From a virus: 64,000 nt of DNA. The DNA lies in the IMG/VR virus record IMGVR_UViG_3300048011_000525, positions 32,001-96,000 of that record. The stretch is one strand, 5' to 3'. The notes below the pieces were generated by a model that saw only the letters and a list, made by a program, of their open reading frames with translations, was not told the DNA's origin and ran no database searches. Positions 29,165 through 38,039 of the stretch are shown here, in pieces. The translations under genes and the position numbers were made by a program. Within the stretch, counting starts at the first letter, position 1, and every line of letters begins with the position of its first letter.

Positions 29165-29602
29165 ATGAACAAGATAGTTTGCAGTGGTGCTCTCTTTTAC
29201 GCACTCAATACAAAACGTTTTTTATTTTTACACAGAGCTGGCGGCAAGACTTCTGGCACTTGGGGACTTGTAGGTGGCGGCAACGAAGAAGGTGAAACAC
29301 CTTTTGAAGGACTTACACGTGAAATACAAGAAGAAGTAGGAAAACTACCTAAGTTTGTAAAAACAATACCTTTAGAAACGTTTGTATCAAATGATGAAAA
29401 GTTTAACTTTCACACATACCTTGTTGTAATAAAAGAAGAATTTTTACCTACACTAAATCATGAACACAACGGGTATGCTTGGACTACATTTGGTAATTGG
29501 CCTAAAACCCTACACCAGGGATTGCGCAACACACTACAAAATAAAACTAATCTTACAAAGTTAGAAACTGTATTTCAAGTAATAGACTTACTTGACAATT
29601 AA
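29165..29602 (+). CDS. NUDIX hydrolase
   Basis: Nudix box GGNEEGETPFEGLTREIQEEVG. Confidence 0.9.
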   Translation: MNKIVCSGALFYALNTKRFLFLHRAGGKTSGTWGLVGGGNEEGETPFEGLTREIQEEVGKLPKFVKTIPLETFVSNDEKFNFHTYLVVIKEEFLPTLNHEHNGYAWTTFGNWPKTLHQGLRNTLQNKTNLTKLETVFQVIDLLDN

Positions 29603-29620
29603 CTCAAAAGACTGTATAAT
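29592..29620 (+). promoter_or_regulatory. Perfect sigma70 promoter for the heptose operon
   Basis: TTGACA (29592-29597), 17 nt, TATAAT (29615-29620); ATG at 29627. Confidence 0.88.
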
Positions 29621-29626
29621 ATGAGT

Positions 29627-30763
29627 ATGAAAGTTTTAGTTCTCGGTGACATCATTGTCGACAAATATATCTACGGTACATCAACACGCATTAGCCCAGA
29701 AGCGCCAGTGCCTGTTGTAACATATCAGCGTGAAGTTGAGACTGTAGGTGGTGCCGGACTTGTTTACGAAAATCTTAAAAGTCTAGGTGTAGATGTTACT
29801 CTGTTTGTAATGCCTGGAAAGCCAAGCGTTAAAACACGAGTTATATGTGACGGACATTATATAACACGCATCGACAACGATGTACACACAAACGGATTAG
29901 ATGTATTAAAACGTGTATTAACTACCGACTTTACAGTATATGATTATGTTATTTTAAGTGATTACAATAAAGGTACACTAGACGAAAGTATTGAAATAAT
30001 CAAACACATTAATACATACGGATGTCGTATTATTGTTGATCCTAAAGAACACTCTAGTCACTATGAAGGTGCTTGGTTAGTAAAACCCAACGAAAAAGAA
30101 TTTCAAGAATACTTTATCAACTGGCACGGTAACATTATTACAACTAGAGCAGATAAAAGCGTTGTTGCTAACATTGACAATGAAGTATTTGAAATAGATG
30201 TGGAGCCGGTTGAGGTATCGGATGTAACAGGAGCAGGAGATTGTTTCTTAGCAGCATTTGTATATGGTCTTACTAAAGGTTATGATTACAAACATGCAAT
30301 TGAACTAGCAGTTAAAGGCTCTACAGAAAGTGTTAAGCATGTAGGCACATACACGCTACAACAGCGCGATTTAGAAGAAAGAGTAGTCTTTACTAATGGA
30401 GTATTTGATATACTGCACAAGGGTCATTTTGAGCTCTTAAAAGAAGCTAAATTTCTCGGTGCTAAACTAATTGTAGGTATTAATAGCGATGCTAGTGTAA
30501 AACGTCTTAAAGGCGAAACACGCCCAATTAATAATCAAATGAAGCGTATTAGTCAGTTAGAAATTTTACCGTGGGTAGATCAAGTAGTTGTATTTGATGA
30601 AGATACCCCATACGAATTAATTAAAAAAATTAAGCCGCATGTAATAGTTAAGGGCGGCGACTATACAGTAGAAACCGTAGTAGGACACGATTTAGCCGAG
30701 GTGCATCTTGTACCTACTGTTGAAGGCTACAGCACTACAGAAATTATAGAGGCAAGCAAATGA
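29627..30763 (+). CDS. hldE: Bifunctional heptose-7-phosphate kinase / heptose-1-phosphate adenylyltransferase (compact HldE)
   Basis: RISPEAPVPV, LSDYNKG, DVTGAGD (PfkB); TNGVFDILHKGH, VKGGDY, GYSTT. Confidence 0.92.
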   Translation: MKVLVLGDIIVDKYIYGTSTRISPEAPVPVVTYQREVETVGGAGLVYENLKSLGVDVTLFVMPGKPSVKTRVICDGHYITRIDNDVHTNGLDVLKRVLTTDFTVYDYVILSDYNKGTLDESIEIIKHINTYGCRIIVDPKEHSSHYEGAWLVKPNEKEFQEYFINWHGNIITTRADKSVVANIDNEVFEIDVEPVEVSDVTGAGDCFLAAFVYGLTKGYDYKHAIELAVKGSTESVKHVGTYTLQQRDLEERVVFTNGVFDILHKGHFELLKEAKFLGAKLIVGINSDASVKRLKGETRPINNQMKRISQLEILPWVDQVVVFDEDTPYELIKKIKPHVIVKGGDYTVETVVGHDLAEVHLVPTVEGYSTTEIIEASK

Positions 30764-31578
30764 AAATTTTAATTACTGGCCATAAAGGATTTATTGGACA
30801 AAATCTAACCCTGTTCTTACAAAACGAACACGAACTATTTGGATACGAATGGCAAGAAGATAGCTTACCAGAAGTTGAAGGTTTTGATTGGGTTATACAT
30901 ACTGGAGCGATTAGCAGCACTACAGAAACAGATGTAGATAAAGTAATGTTGCAAAATTACGAGTTTAGTAAATGGTTATATAACGAATGTAATACTAAAG
31001 GTGTTAATTTGCAATATGCATCAAGTGCAAGTGTTTACGGAACAAATACAGAGTTTAGCGAAGATGCTCCTAAACAGCCACAGAGCCCTTATGCTTGGAG
31101 CAAGTATTTGTTTGATCGCTGGGTTTGGGGTTTAAGTTCTCATAATATTATTGTACAAGGTTTCCGTTACTTTAATGTATACGGTCCATTTGAGGATCAT
31201 AAAGGTAATCAGGCAAGTCCAGTTACTAAGTTTACTGAACAAGCAATTAAGACTGGTAGAATAAAACTATTTGAAAACAGTGATAAGTACTTACGTGATT
31301 TTATATTTGTAGGCGATGTGTGCGAAGCACATAAACAATTGTTAGAAAATAAAACAGCAGGTCTGTATAATATAGGTACTGGTAACACAACTAGTTTTAA
31401 AGAAGTAGCAGAAGTAATTGCTAAAAAATATAATGCTGAAATTACAGAAATACCAATGCCAAAAAACTTAAAAGGACAATATCAAGAATATACTTGTGCA
31501 GACACAAATAAATTAAGTACAGTAACAGATATTGATTTTGCAACAGTAAAGGAGTATGTAAATGAGTCAACCAACTAG
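30760..31578 (+). CDS. hldD: ADP-L-glycero-D-manno-heptose 6-epimerase
   Basis: TGHKGFIG, GAISSTTE, YASSASVYG, YAWSK, FRYFNVYGP.EDHKG.QAS, YQEYTCAD. Confidence 0.88.
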   Translation: MKILITGHKGFIGQNLTLFLQNEHELFGYEWQEDSLPEVEGFDWVIHTGAISSTTETDVDKVMLQNYEFSKWLYNECNTKGVNLQYASSASVYGTNTEFSEDAPKQPQSPYAWSKYLFDRWVWGLSSHNIIVQGFRYFNVYGPFEDHKGNQASPVTKFTEQAIKTGRIKLFENSDKYLRDFIFVGDVCEAHKQLLENKTAGLYNIGTGNTTSFKEVAEVIAKKYNAEITEIPMPKNLKGQYQEYTCADTNKLSTVTDIDFATVKEYVNESTN

Positions 31579-31981
31579 AAAAACAGGCGTAGATCAAAAA
31601 GGCTGGGGATACGAGATGATTTGGGCTACTAACGACAAATACTGTGGCAAGATTATGGCCTTTACTAGAGAAGGTGCAACAACAAGTATGCACTTCCACA
31701 GAGAAAAAGACGAAACTTGGTTTGTTAATAACGGACGGTTTAAAGTGCGATATATTGATACATCTAATAGTATGTTGTACGAAAGAGATTTAAAAGAAGG
31801 TGATGTATGGCATAATCCGCCATTGCAGCCGCATCAATTAGTCTGTCTTTCTAAAGAAGGTAGTATTACAGAAGTAAGTACACCCGACAGTGTTGAAGAT
31901 AACTTCCGTATTGGCCCTGGAGACAGTCAAATAGCCGAAAAAACTCAAGACCAATTGCAAACTCAAACAACAGGAAAGTAA
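31562..31981 (+). CDS. Cupin sugar isomerase-like protein (lyxose/mannose ketol-isomerase type)
   Basis: KGWGYE, YCGK, SMHFHREKDETW, PHQ, EVSTPDSVEDNFR. Confidence 0.7.
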   Translation: MSQPTRKTGVDQKGWGYEMIWATNDKYCGKIMAFTREGATTSMHFHREKDETWFVNNGRFKVRYIDTSNSMLYERDLKEGDVWHNPPLQPHQLVCLSKEGSITEVSTPDSVEDNFRIGPGDSQIAEKTQDQLQTQTTGK

Positions 31982-31984
31982 CAA

Positions 31985-32608
31985 ATGACATTTGAAGAAA
32001 ATGTTATAGAACTTCCATTCCTGTCAGAAGACGAATGTAAAGACATAGCAGAGTGGGCATTTGATTTTGAGCAGCAGCTTATTAATGCAGGGTATGGCGA
32101 TAACAAACCTTCACCAGAGCACTTTGATAATGTAACAACTTCAAATTATCAAAACTATAACTTTTTTAATTATTTTCCAGAATTAGCTGATAGATTAGTA
32201 GAATGTTTGTTCCACGTAAACAAAGATTTAGAGTGGCCAATTATATGTCAAGCATGGATAAACATCTATAGAAAAGGTCAAGGAATAAATTGGCATAACC
32301 ATCAAGGTCGAATGGGTAAAAGTTTTAGTTGTAATGTGTTTATTGCAGGCGATACTACTCCCGGAATAACATATAAACCGTTTGGTGAGAAAGGTATGGT
32401 ACGAGAAAATAAAGTAGGATATTTACACTTGTTCCCTTGTGAACTATTTCATTATGTTCCGCCTATCGAAACAGACACTCCTAGAATTACATTAGGAATG
32501 ACAGTGCATAGTAGCTCGGATATAAATATTAACATTATGAACCAATTAGCATTTAATAGTAAAATGCCTCAAGATTCAGTAATACTTACTAAGGATCATT
32601 ATGAGTAA
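31985..32608 (+). CDS. 2OG-Fe(II) oxygenase-like protein
   Basis: WINIY, WHNH, LFP, FHYV, RIT. Confidence 0.75.
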   Translation: MTFEENVIELPFLSEDECKDIAEWAFDFEQQLINAGYGDNKPSPEHFDNVTTSNYQNYNFFNYFPELADRLVECLFHVNKDLEWPIICQAWINIYRKGQGINWHNHQGRMGKSFSCNVFIAGDTTPGITYKPFGEKGMVRENKVGYLHLFPCELFHYVPPIETDTPRITLGMTVHSSSDININIMNQLAFNSKMPQDSVILTKDHYE

Positions 32609-32945
32609 AGAAATTCTACCAAAAGTTAGATGTAGTCATATATTGCTAAGTTATGACAAAGCAATTGAATCAACACATACTAGAGAGTTGTATTACGCAA
32701 TATGGGACGCTAAACAAATAATTGCAGAGTTAAAAGGCGGTGGAGTTTCCTGGGCATCTGCTGTTAAAGAACACAGCGCATGTCCACATAGCTGGTATAG
32801 AGATGGTGATTTAGGATGGTTTGATCTAAATGATGGAGTTGTACCGGAACTATATCTTTCAGTCAGAGCAGCGCCAAAAGATCAATTATTAGAAGAACCG
32901 ATACAAACTCCGTATGGTATTCATATCATAGTACGAACTGGTTAG
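32601..32945 (+). CDS. Parvulin-type peptidyl-prolyl cis-trans isomerase
   Basis: VRCSHILL, HSACP, GDLGWF, PIQTPYGIHII. Confidence 0.88.
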   Translation: MSKEILPKVRCSHILLSYDKAIESTHTRELYYAIWDAKQIIAELKGGGVSWASAVKEHSACPHSWYRDGDLGWFDLNDGVVPELYLSVRAAPKDQLLEEPIQTPYGIHIIVRTG

Positions 32946-33277
32946 TCGTCTAATTCGCCGTCAATTGTAAAGGTTGTTAATTTCCCTACAAGTTCTTCAT
33001 TGTCTTTATTACGATAACTTCTTACACCGTTATGGGTATTAGGGTCATCTGCTAGACGCTCTTTTTCTATAAGCTCTTCTTCAGTTTGTGCAGCTTCTAG
33101 CTGAATTTCTACAATTTCACAACCTTTGTTTGGGTGATTTTCGTCAATCCATTTCTGAGCGTTTTCTCTTACTACAAACTTTCTAACTTCTTCATAGCCG
33201 TCGCCGTCTGGATCCCAAGTATGCCAAATTTTGACATTTGAATGCTGCGGGTGTGGTTTCTTAATTGCAAATGGCAT
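32942..33277 (-). CDS. Hypothetical protein
   Basis: 111-aa ORF with an AGGAG SD; last gene of the minus-strand operon. Confidence 0.65.
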   Translation of the reverse strand: MPFAIKKPHPQHSNVKIWHTWDPDGDGYEEVRKFVVRENAQKWIDENHPNKGCEIVEIQLEAAQTEEELIEKERLADDPNTHNGVRSYRNKDNEELVGKLTTFTIDGELDD

Positions 33278-33287
33278 TTTTTATCTC

Positions 33288-33845
33288 CTATATATTTTCT
33301 GCAAATTCTTGCAGTGAATCAAAAACGTATGTTGTACGCTTAATGCTTTTATATGTATATTTATCTAAGTCTCTTTCTGTTTGCTCTCCATAACCTGTTC
33401 TCACTAGTACAGGTCGAGCTCCTACTTTTGATGCTGCTTTCAAGTCTTTCATCTTATCACCTACATAAAAACTATTTTTCCAATTTAAACCAGAAATCTG
33501 TTGTTGACTCATCTTAAACATACCAGTATTTGGTTTGGCATACAAATCTTTCTTATTACTGCTTTCGCTGTAATAAATCCCGTCAATATCAGTACACCCG
33601 GCTTGACCAAGTAAGTTTAACATATGTTCGTGTATATTGTCAACATCATCGGCTGTCATTATACCTTTTTCTATTCCGCCTTGATTAGTAATAATAACAA
33701 TTCTGTAACCTTTTCTTCTTAGTTCTGCCATAGCTTCCAAACTGCCTGGAATAGGCTCAAAGTCCTTAGGATGCGTAACATATGTACCTAAGTCTCTATT
33801 AATTACTCCGTCTCTGTCCAAACCTATAAAGATTTCTTTACTCAT
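33288..33845 (-). CDS. gmhB: D,D-heptose-1,7-bisphosphate phosphatase (HAD IIIA)
   Basis: LDRDGVIN, ITNQGGI, KPNTGM, VGDKMKD, LVRTGYG. Confidence 0.85.
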   Translation of the reverse strand: MSKEIFIGLDRDGVINRDLGTYVTHPKDFEPIPGSLEAMAELRRKGYRIVIITNQGGIEKGIMTADDVDNIHEHMLNLLGQAGCTDIDGIYYSESSNKKDLYAKPNTGMFKMSQQQISGLNWKNSFYVGDKMKDLKAASKVGARPVLVRTGYGEQTERDLDKYTYKSIKRTTYVFDSLQEFAENI

Positions 33846-34419
33846 CGTATGTGTACCAGCCAGTGATAATATATTTGTAGCCTTTATAAATTGGATTACC
33901 TCTATGCGGATATATAAAGTTAGTAGGAAAAAATACTACTTTGCCTTGTTCTGGTTTAAGTTTTACACCTTGGTATAAGAATTCAGTTTCGCCGCCTTCT
34001 TCAATATCGTTCAAGTAAAGCATATAATTAATAACTCTAGTGCTACTGCTTTGGTCAGATGCCTCTGCATGCCAAGCGTGATAGCCTTCGTGTGGGCCTG
34101 TTCTTTGAAGGCTCATTCCTTTCGGGCTATGTTGTGCTCCGTGCTTTAACATAGAATATTTTTCAACATACTGATTTAAATATAGATCATTAATTTTTTC
34201 ATAAAAATGATCGCAAAGATTGTAGTCGTAGTGATATACTTTTTGAGTATGTGCCCAGTCAAACACAATTCGGTTATCTGTTACAAATCCGTGTCCTCTA
34301 TTATTAGGCTTAACAACATCTCTGCGAGCCATTACTTCAAAATGCTTAATAATTTCTTCGCAATACTCTGGTTCAAATGCGTTAGGATATTCTTCAATTC
34401 CTGAATAAGTGTTAGTCAT
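33838..34419 (-). CDS. 2OG-Fe(II) oxygenase, prolyl-4-hydroxylase-like
   Basis: YHAWHAE, YLNDIEEGGETEF, HRGNP, KYIITGW. Confidence 0.88.
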   Translation of the reverse strand: MTNTYSGIEEYPNAFEPEYCEEIIKHFEVMARRDVVKPNNRGHGFVTDNRIVFDWAHTQKVYHYDYNLCDHFYEKINDLYLNQYVEKYSMLKHGAQHSPKGMSLQRTGPHEGYHAWHAEASDQSSSTRVINYMLYLNDIEEGGETEFLYQGVKLKPEQGKVVFFPTNFIYPHRGNPIYKGYKYIITGWYTYDE

Positions 34420-35225
34420 TTGTTCTCCTTTAAAAACGGTATGTAATCTTTTGCGATGAGACCGTGTATATAGTAATTATAGTGTTCGCCGTCTAAAGTT
34501 TCGCAATCAAGACTTTTATCGGTTTTATGTTGTAAAAAGTTTATTGCATCAACTTTTGAAAATGTAGTTTGTGTCAAATTAGTATAAAATCCATCAACAC
34601 TATTTGGTATAAAACATCTATCATTAATGTTCCAGACATACAATGGTATGTCTTTATCTCGACATAGCATGTCCATAAATGTTATATCTTTGATATAATC
34701 TTGTTGCTCTAAATGCGTTTGACTATAGTGATACATTCTTAAATACATATAAGACAATCGCCTTACATCTGGCTCTGCTTCAAACGGAATAGCATTTATG
34801 TAAGGAAATGCTTTATAATCAAAAGGTTCTGGTTTTAAATACTGTTCTAAGTATGTTTTATTTTGACACAGTCCTAAACTATATCGAGTTAGCTCATCTG
34901 TTTGCAAATCATTTTCTATAAAAAAATCTAACGGCAATATTTCTTTTTCATTTAGTGTTGGATTAATGGCTACTGGAAATCTACTCCAGTAAGTAGACTG
35001 TACAAATACTTCTTCAATGTCATCGTGTTGCTTTAGTGCATGTGCTAAAAAGTTAGGATATGCTCTATTAGCAGTTCCGCCGCTTGCCATTACTATTACA
35101 GATTTATTGTTTTCCTTGCCATATATTTCAGCATAATTATTATCTTGCCAAATTTTTGCACCTTCTGTTTTATGACCATAATACCCCATTGTATGACTAC
35201 AACCGATAAAAAGTGTTTTACCCAT
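34416..35225 (-). CDS. SGNH/GDSL-like protein
   Basis: LFIGCSHT block I, GGTAN block II, DGEHY block V. Confidence 0.55.
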   Translation of the reverse strand: MGKTLFIGCSHTMGYYGHKTEGAKIWQDNNYAEIYGKENNKSVIVMASGGTANRAYPNFLAHALKQHDDIEEVFVQSTYWSRFPVAINPTLNEKEILPLDFFIENDLQTDELTRYSLGLCQNKTYLEQYLKPEPFDYKAFPYINAIPFEAEPDVRRLSYMYLRMYHYSQTHLEQQDYIKDITFMDMLCRDKDIPLYVWNINDRCFIPNSVDGFYTNLTQTTFSKVDAINFLQHKTDKSLDCETLDGEHYNYYIHGLIAKDYIPFLKENK

Positions 35226-35769
35226 TCCAGGTTACCTCGAAGTCAAATACCATTACTCTACGTTCGTCTATTGTAGGATACGCTCCGTGCCAAATTTGAG
35301 AATCCATAATTAAAAGTTTTCCTTGTTTTGGTTGCCACCATTCAACATGTGTCTCTCCAAGTTTATCTTGTAATATGGCATAAAATGCGCCTTCGTCATT
35401 TGGCTGATCTTCTATGTCGTCAAAATATAATACTGCGGTACATCCTGTGTTACCCTTTGCATGATTATGCAACCCTTTCCATCCACCAGGATAATATTTA
35501 ATGCTCCAAGTTTGTATATGCTGTTGTAGCTTGCATAAAACGTTGCCGTCTTGTAATACACTATTTGTTTTTTCTATAATAAAGTCGGCAATTCCTTTAG
35601 TTTCAGCAAGTGTGTGCGGAATTTGGTATCCGTTAACTGTAGTACTTTTTCCTGGCTCTACCAAGTTAGGATGATCAGCGTCAAATAAATGTTCATATTC
35701 TTTCCACATTGGTGCGTGTGTTTCTACAATCCATTGATTATTTGCAATATATAATATATCATCCATCAT
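35218..35769 (-). CDS. 2OG-Fe(II) oxygenase-like protein
   Basis: LHNH, AVLY, WHGAYP, RRVMVFD. Confidence 0.75.
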   Translation of the reverse strand: MMDDILYIANNQWIVETHAPMWKEYEHLFDADHPNLVEPGKSTTVNGYQIPHTLAETKGIADFIIEKTNSVLQDGNVLCKLQQHIQTWSIKYYPGGWKGLHNHAKGNTGCTAVLYFDDIEDQPNDEGAFYAILQDKLGETHVEWWQPKQGKLLIMDSQIWHGAYPTIDERRVMVFDFEVTWNG

Positions 35770-36364
35770 TTTGTGCCGGTGTTATTACAAAGTTTGCTGC
35801 AATACTTGCTCTTAATTTATCTGACTTATTAGGTAAGACATAATGAGAAATCCAGCTAGGGAATAAAATTAATGTTCCCCGCTCCATTTGAGGAGTAATG
35901 TGCTGATAGTTGTATGCATTAAAAATTCTATCTAGTCCAGAACCCCTAACCATTTGAAAGTTAGGACATTCAAATACAATTTGTCCGCCGGCATCCTCTT
36001 CATTGGGATATTCTAACAAATATATTAGACTTAGTCCTCTTCCTGGAAATGCATGGTCATGCGGTTCTTGATAATCAGTTTTATTATATACGTTTAGCCA
36101 ATGTTCATCGCACATGATATTATAAGAAACTTGAGGTTCTAACGATTCTAAAAAGCTATTTACATGTGGTTCAACAGTCTTAAAGAAAGAATCCCACGGC
36201 AATGAATCATTTTTGTTACTTCTAATACTAGTTTTAGCTTGCGCCATTGACCAGTCACTTTTCATAACCATTTCAGAGTCGTCAAAGTATGGTGCCCATT
36301 CTTTTAGCATTTCGTCGCAGTTGTCAAGTTTGGCTGAATAAAAGTGTGTTCCCCATATGTGCAT
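35759..36364 (-). CDS. 2OG-Fe(II) oxygenase-like protein (TIGR02466 type)
   Basis: WLNVY, QEPHDH, LFPSWISHYV, RASIAANF. Confidence 0.82.
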   Translation of the reverse strand: MHIWGTHFYSAKLDNCDEMLKEWAPYFDDSEMVMKSDWSMAQAKTSIRSNKNDSLPWDSFFKTVEPHVNSFLESLEPQVSYNIMCDEHWLNVYNKTDYQEPHDHAFPGRGLSLIYLLEYPNEEDAGGQIVFECPNFQMVRGSGLDRIFNAYNYQHITPQMERGTLILFPSWISHYVLPNKSDKLRASIAANFVITPAQNDG

Positions 36365-36867
36365 TATATCATTCCTTGTATAGTCGATTCTGCATTAAAA
36401 AAGAATACTTGTGTTAGCCTTCCGGTTTCTGGAGAGTTACCAAATCCCGGGACCATGCTAGAGTGATTAATATTTCCTTTGTATAATATCAGTCTATTAT
36501 AAACATTACTAATAGTTGTAATTGGATTGTTATCTTCGTCGTATAGTGCAGTACCTGAATCTAACATTGCATTAGGAGTAAGGTATAATACTCCTGCCCA
36601 GTCGCAACCGTCTTTATGAATCCAGGTCTTGGCGCCTTCGTATACTAACTGAAAACAAAAACTGTCGTACACAAATTCTTTTACTCTTACATTTAAAATT
36701 TCAGTAATTCGTTGTTGAAAAAATTGTTGATAGTTACCGTCTGCTGCATCGCTGCGCATACCTGGATATTCGCCTTCGTGTTCGTGAAACGGTAGTTGTA
36801 TAACCTGTTCTCTTACTAGATCAGGATTAGGTAGAAAGTCGTCAATTATTACAGTAGTTGTATCCAT
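36364..36867 (-). CDS. 2OG-Fe(II) oxygenase-like protein (DUF6445 type)
   Basis: IIDDFLPNPD, YPGMRS, IHKD, AGVLYL, YNRLILY, HS, RLTQVFF. Confidence 0.8.
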   Translation of the reverse strand: MDTTTVIIDDFLPNPDLVREQVIQLPFHEHEGEYPGMRSDAADGNYQQFFQQRITEILNVRVKEFVYDSFCFQLVYEGAKTWIHKDGCDWAGVLYLTPNAMLDSGTALYDEDNNPITTISNVYNRLILYKGNINHSSMVPGFGNSPETGRLTQVFFFNAESTIQGMI

Positions 36868-37385
36868 TACATAAAATCCATATAAATATTTCCAGAAATA
36901 GTTGTTCCTTCATTTCCGGGCCTAACAAAGTGTTCGATAAAACTAGGAAAGAATATAATATCTCCTTTTTTGCATTCAGGTCTAAAATCTAACGGAAACT
37001 CACTTACATTTGTTCCAAATTGATTTTGTACATCTTTAAATATTGGGCTCATAAATACGGTCTTTGAAGAATCAACTGTTTCGTATATTACAAAACTCCA
37101 ACTTGATCTAGGATGAATGTGAATATCTTGCCAATCGTTTTTATCGTATTTGTTCCTCCAAATCTCACCAAATCTAGGATTATTTCCAATTAAATCTGGT
37201 CCTAAATTTTTAGAAACAACTTCAATAAGGTATTCGTAAGTGGAATCGGGTATGTTGTGTTGCTGCCCTAATGTTGAATTCGTTTCACTTAGCCATATTT
37301 TTTCATACGGTGCTTCGCCAATATCTATTTTACTTAAATCCACGCTGTCTATAAAAAACGGTACATGAAACATATTGTACTTCAT
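36867..37385 (-). CDS. 2OG-Fe(II) oxygenase-like protein lacking the usual C-terminal Arg
   Basis: WRNKY, QDIHIH, FFPSFIEHFV, GTTISGN. Confidence 0.75.
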   Translation of the reverse strand: MKYNMFHVPFFIDSVDLSKIDIGEAPYEKIWLSETNSTLGQQHNIPDSTYEYLIEVVSKNLGPDLIGNNPRFGEIWRNKYDKNDWQDIHIHPRSSWSFVIYETVDSSKTVFMSPIFKDVQNQFGTNVSEFPLDFRPECKKGDIIFFPSFIEHFVRPGNEGTTISGNIYMDFM

Positions 37386-37403
37386 TATTATGTCCTTTGT
37401 ATA

Positions 37404-38039
37404 TTATTTAAAGGGTGTTGGCGGCAAAGGTACTGCTCGCATAGCCTTATAAACTAACGTAGCACGTAGTCCTTTATAGTTTTCATTAGGCGGAAGACCA
37501 TGATGAGGAATATTTCCTTTAAACAAAAATATTCTTCCAGGTTTAGGGTAAACTTTTTCCCATTTGCCATTAAGTTTAATAACTGTTTCGCCGGCCCACT
37601 CTTCTTTCCATTCTCGGTTTACGTAATAAATCCAACTAATACCGTTGTCGCACTGACAATCAGTATGTTCAATAGTATTGTGTATCCACTGTTGTCCATT
37701 AACAAGTATTTCACCAACTTCAAGTTCAAATGGTATTAGTTGTGCAACGGCATTGTACACCATGTTCCATGCACTATCATGTGCATTAGGACTATTAGGA
37801 GGATAAATTTGTTGCTTAAATGCAGGAACTTCTGGCCAGTTTGGATCTGCTCCTATATCGTACTTAGGGTCTTCGGGATAGTTGCTAGTATGGCCATAAG
37901 TCCAGCTATACGACTTAAATACTAAGTCATGTATATGCTCTATCATCCAGTTAGGAAAAAGATCATCAATAACAATCATTTGATCTTTTGCTAAATCATA
38001 ATCGTATAAGTTGTCTTTTATTTCGCCGTTTACAATCAT
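37404..38039 (-). CDS. 2OG-Fe(II) oxygenase
   Basis: VNGQ, HTD, YVNREW, GET, PKPGR, PHHG, RATLVYK. Confidence 0.85.
   Translation of the reverse strand: MIVNGEIKDNLYDYDLAKDQMIVIDDLFPNWMIEHIHDLVFKSYSWTYGHTSNYPEDPKYDIGADPNWPEVPAFKQQIYPPNSPNAHDSAWNMVYNAVAQLIPFELEVGEILVNGQQWIHNTIEHTDCQCDNGISWIYYVNREWKEEWAGETVIKLNGKWEKVYPKPGRIFLFKGNIPHHGLPPNENYKGLRATLVYKAMRAVPLPPTPFK

Noticed and set aside
29621-33845. Bacterial LPS locus (host contamination or prophage boundary)
   Set aside because: The genes are compact, interleaved with phage-type oxygenases and flanked on both sides by virion genes of similar composition.
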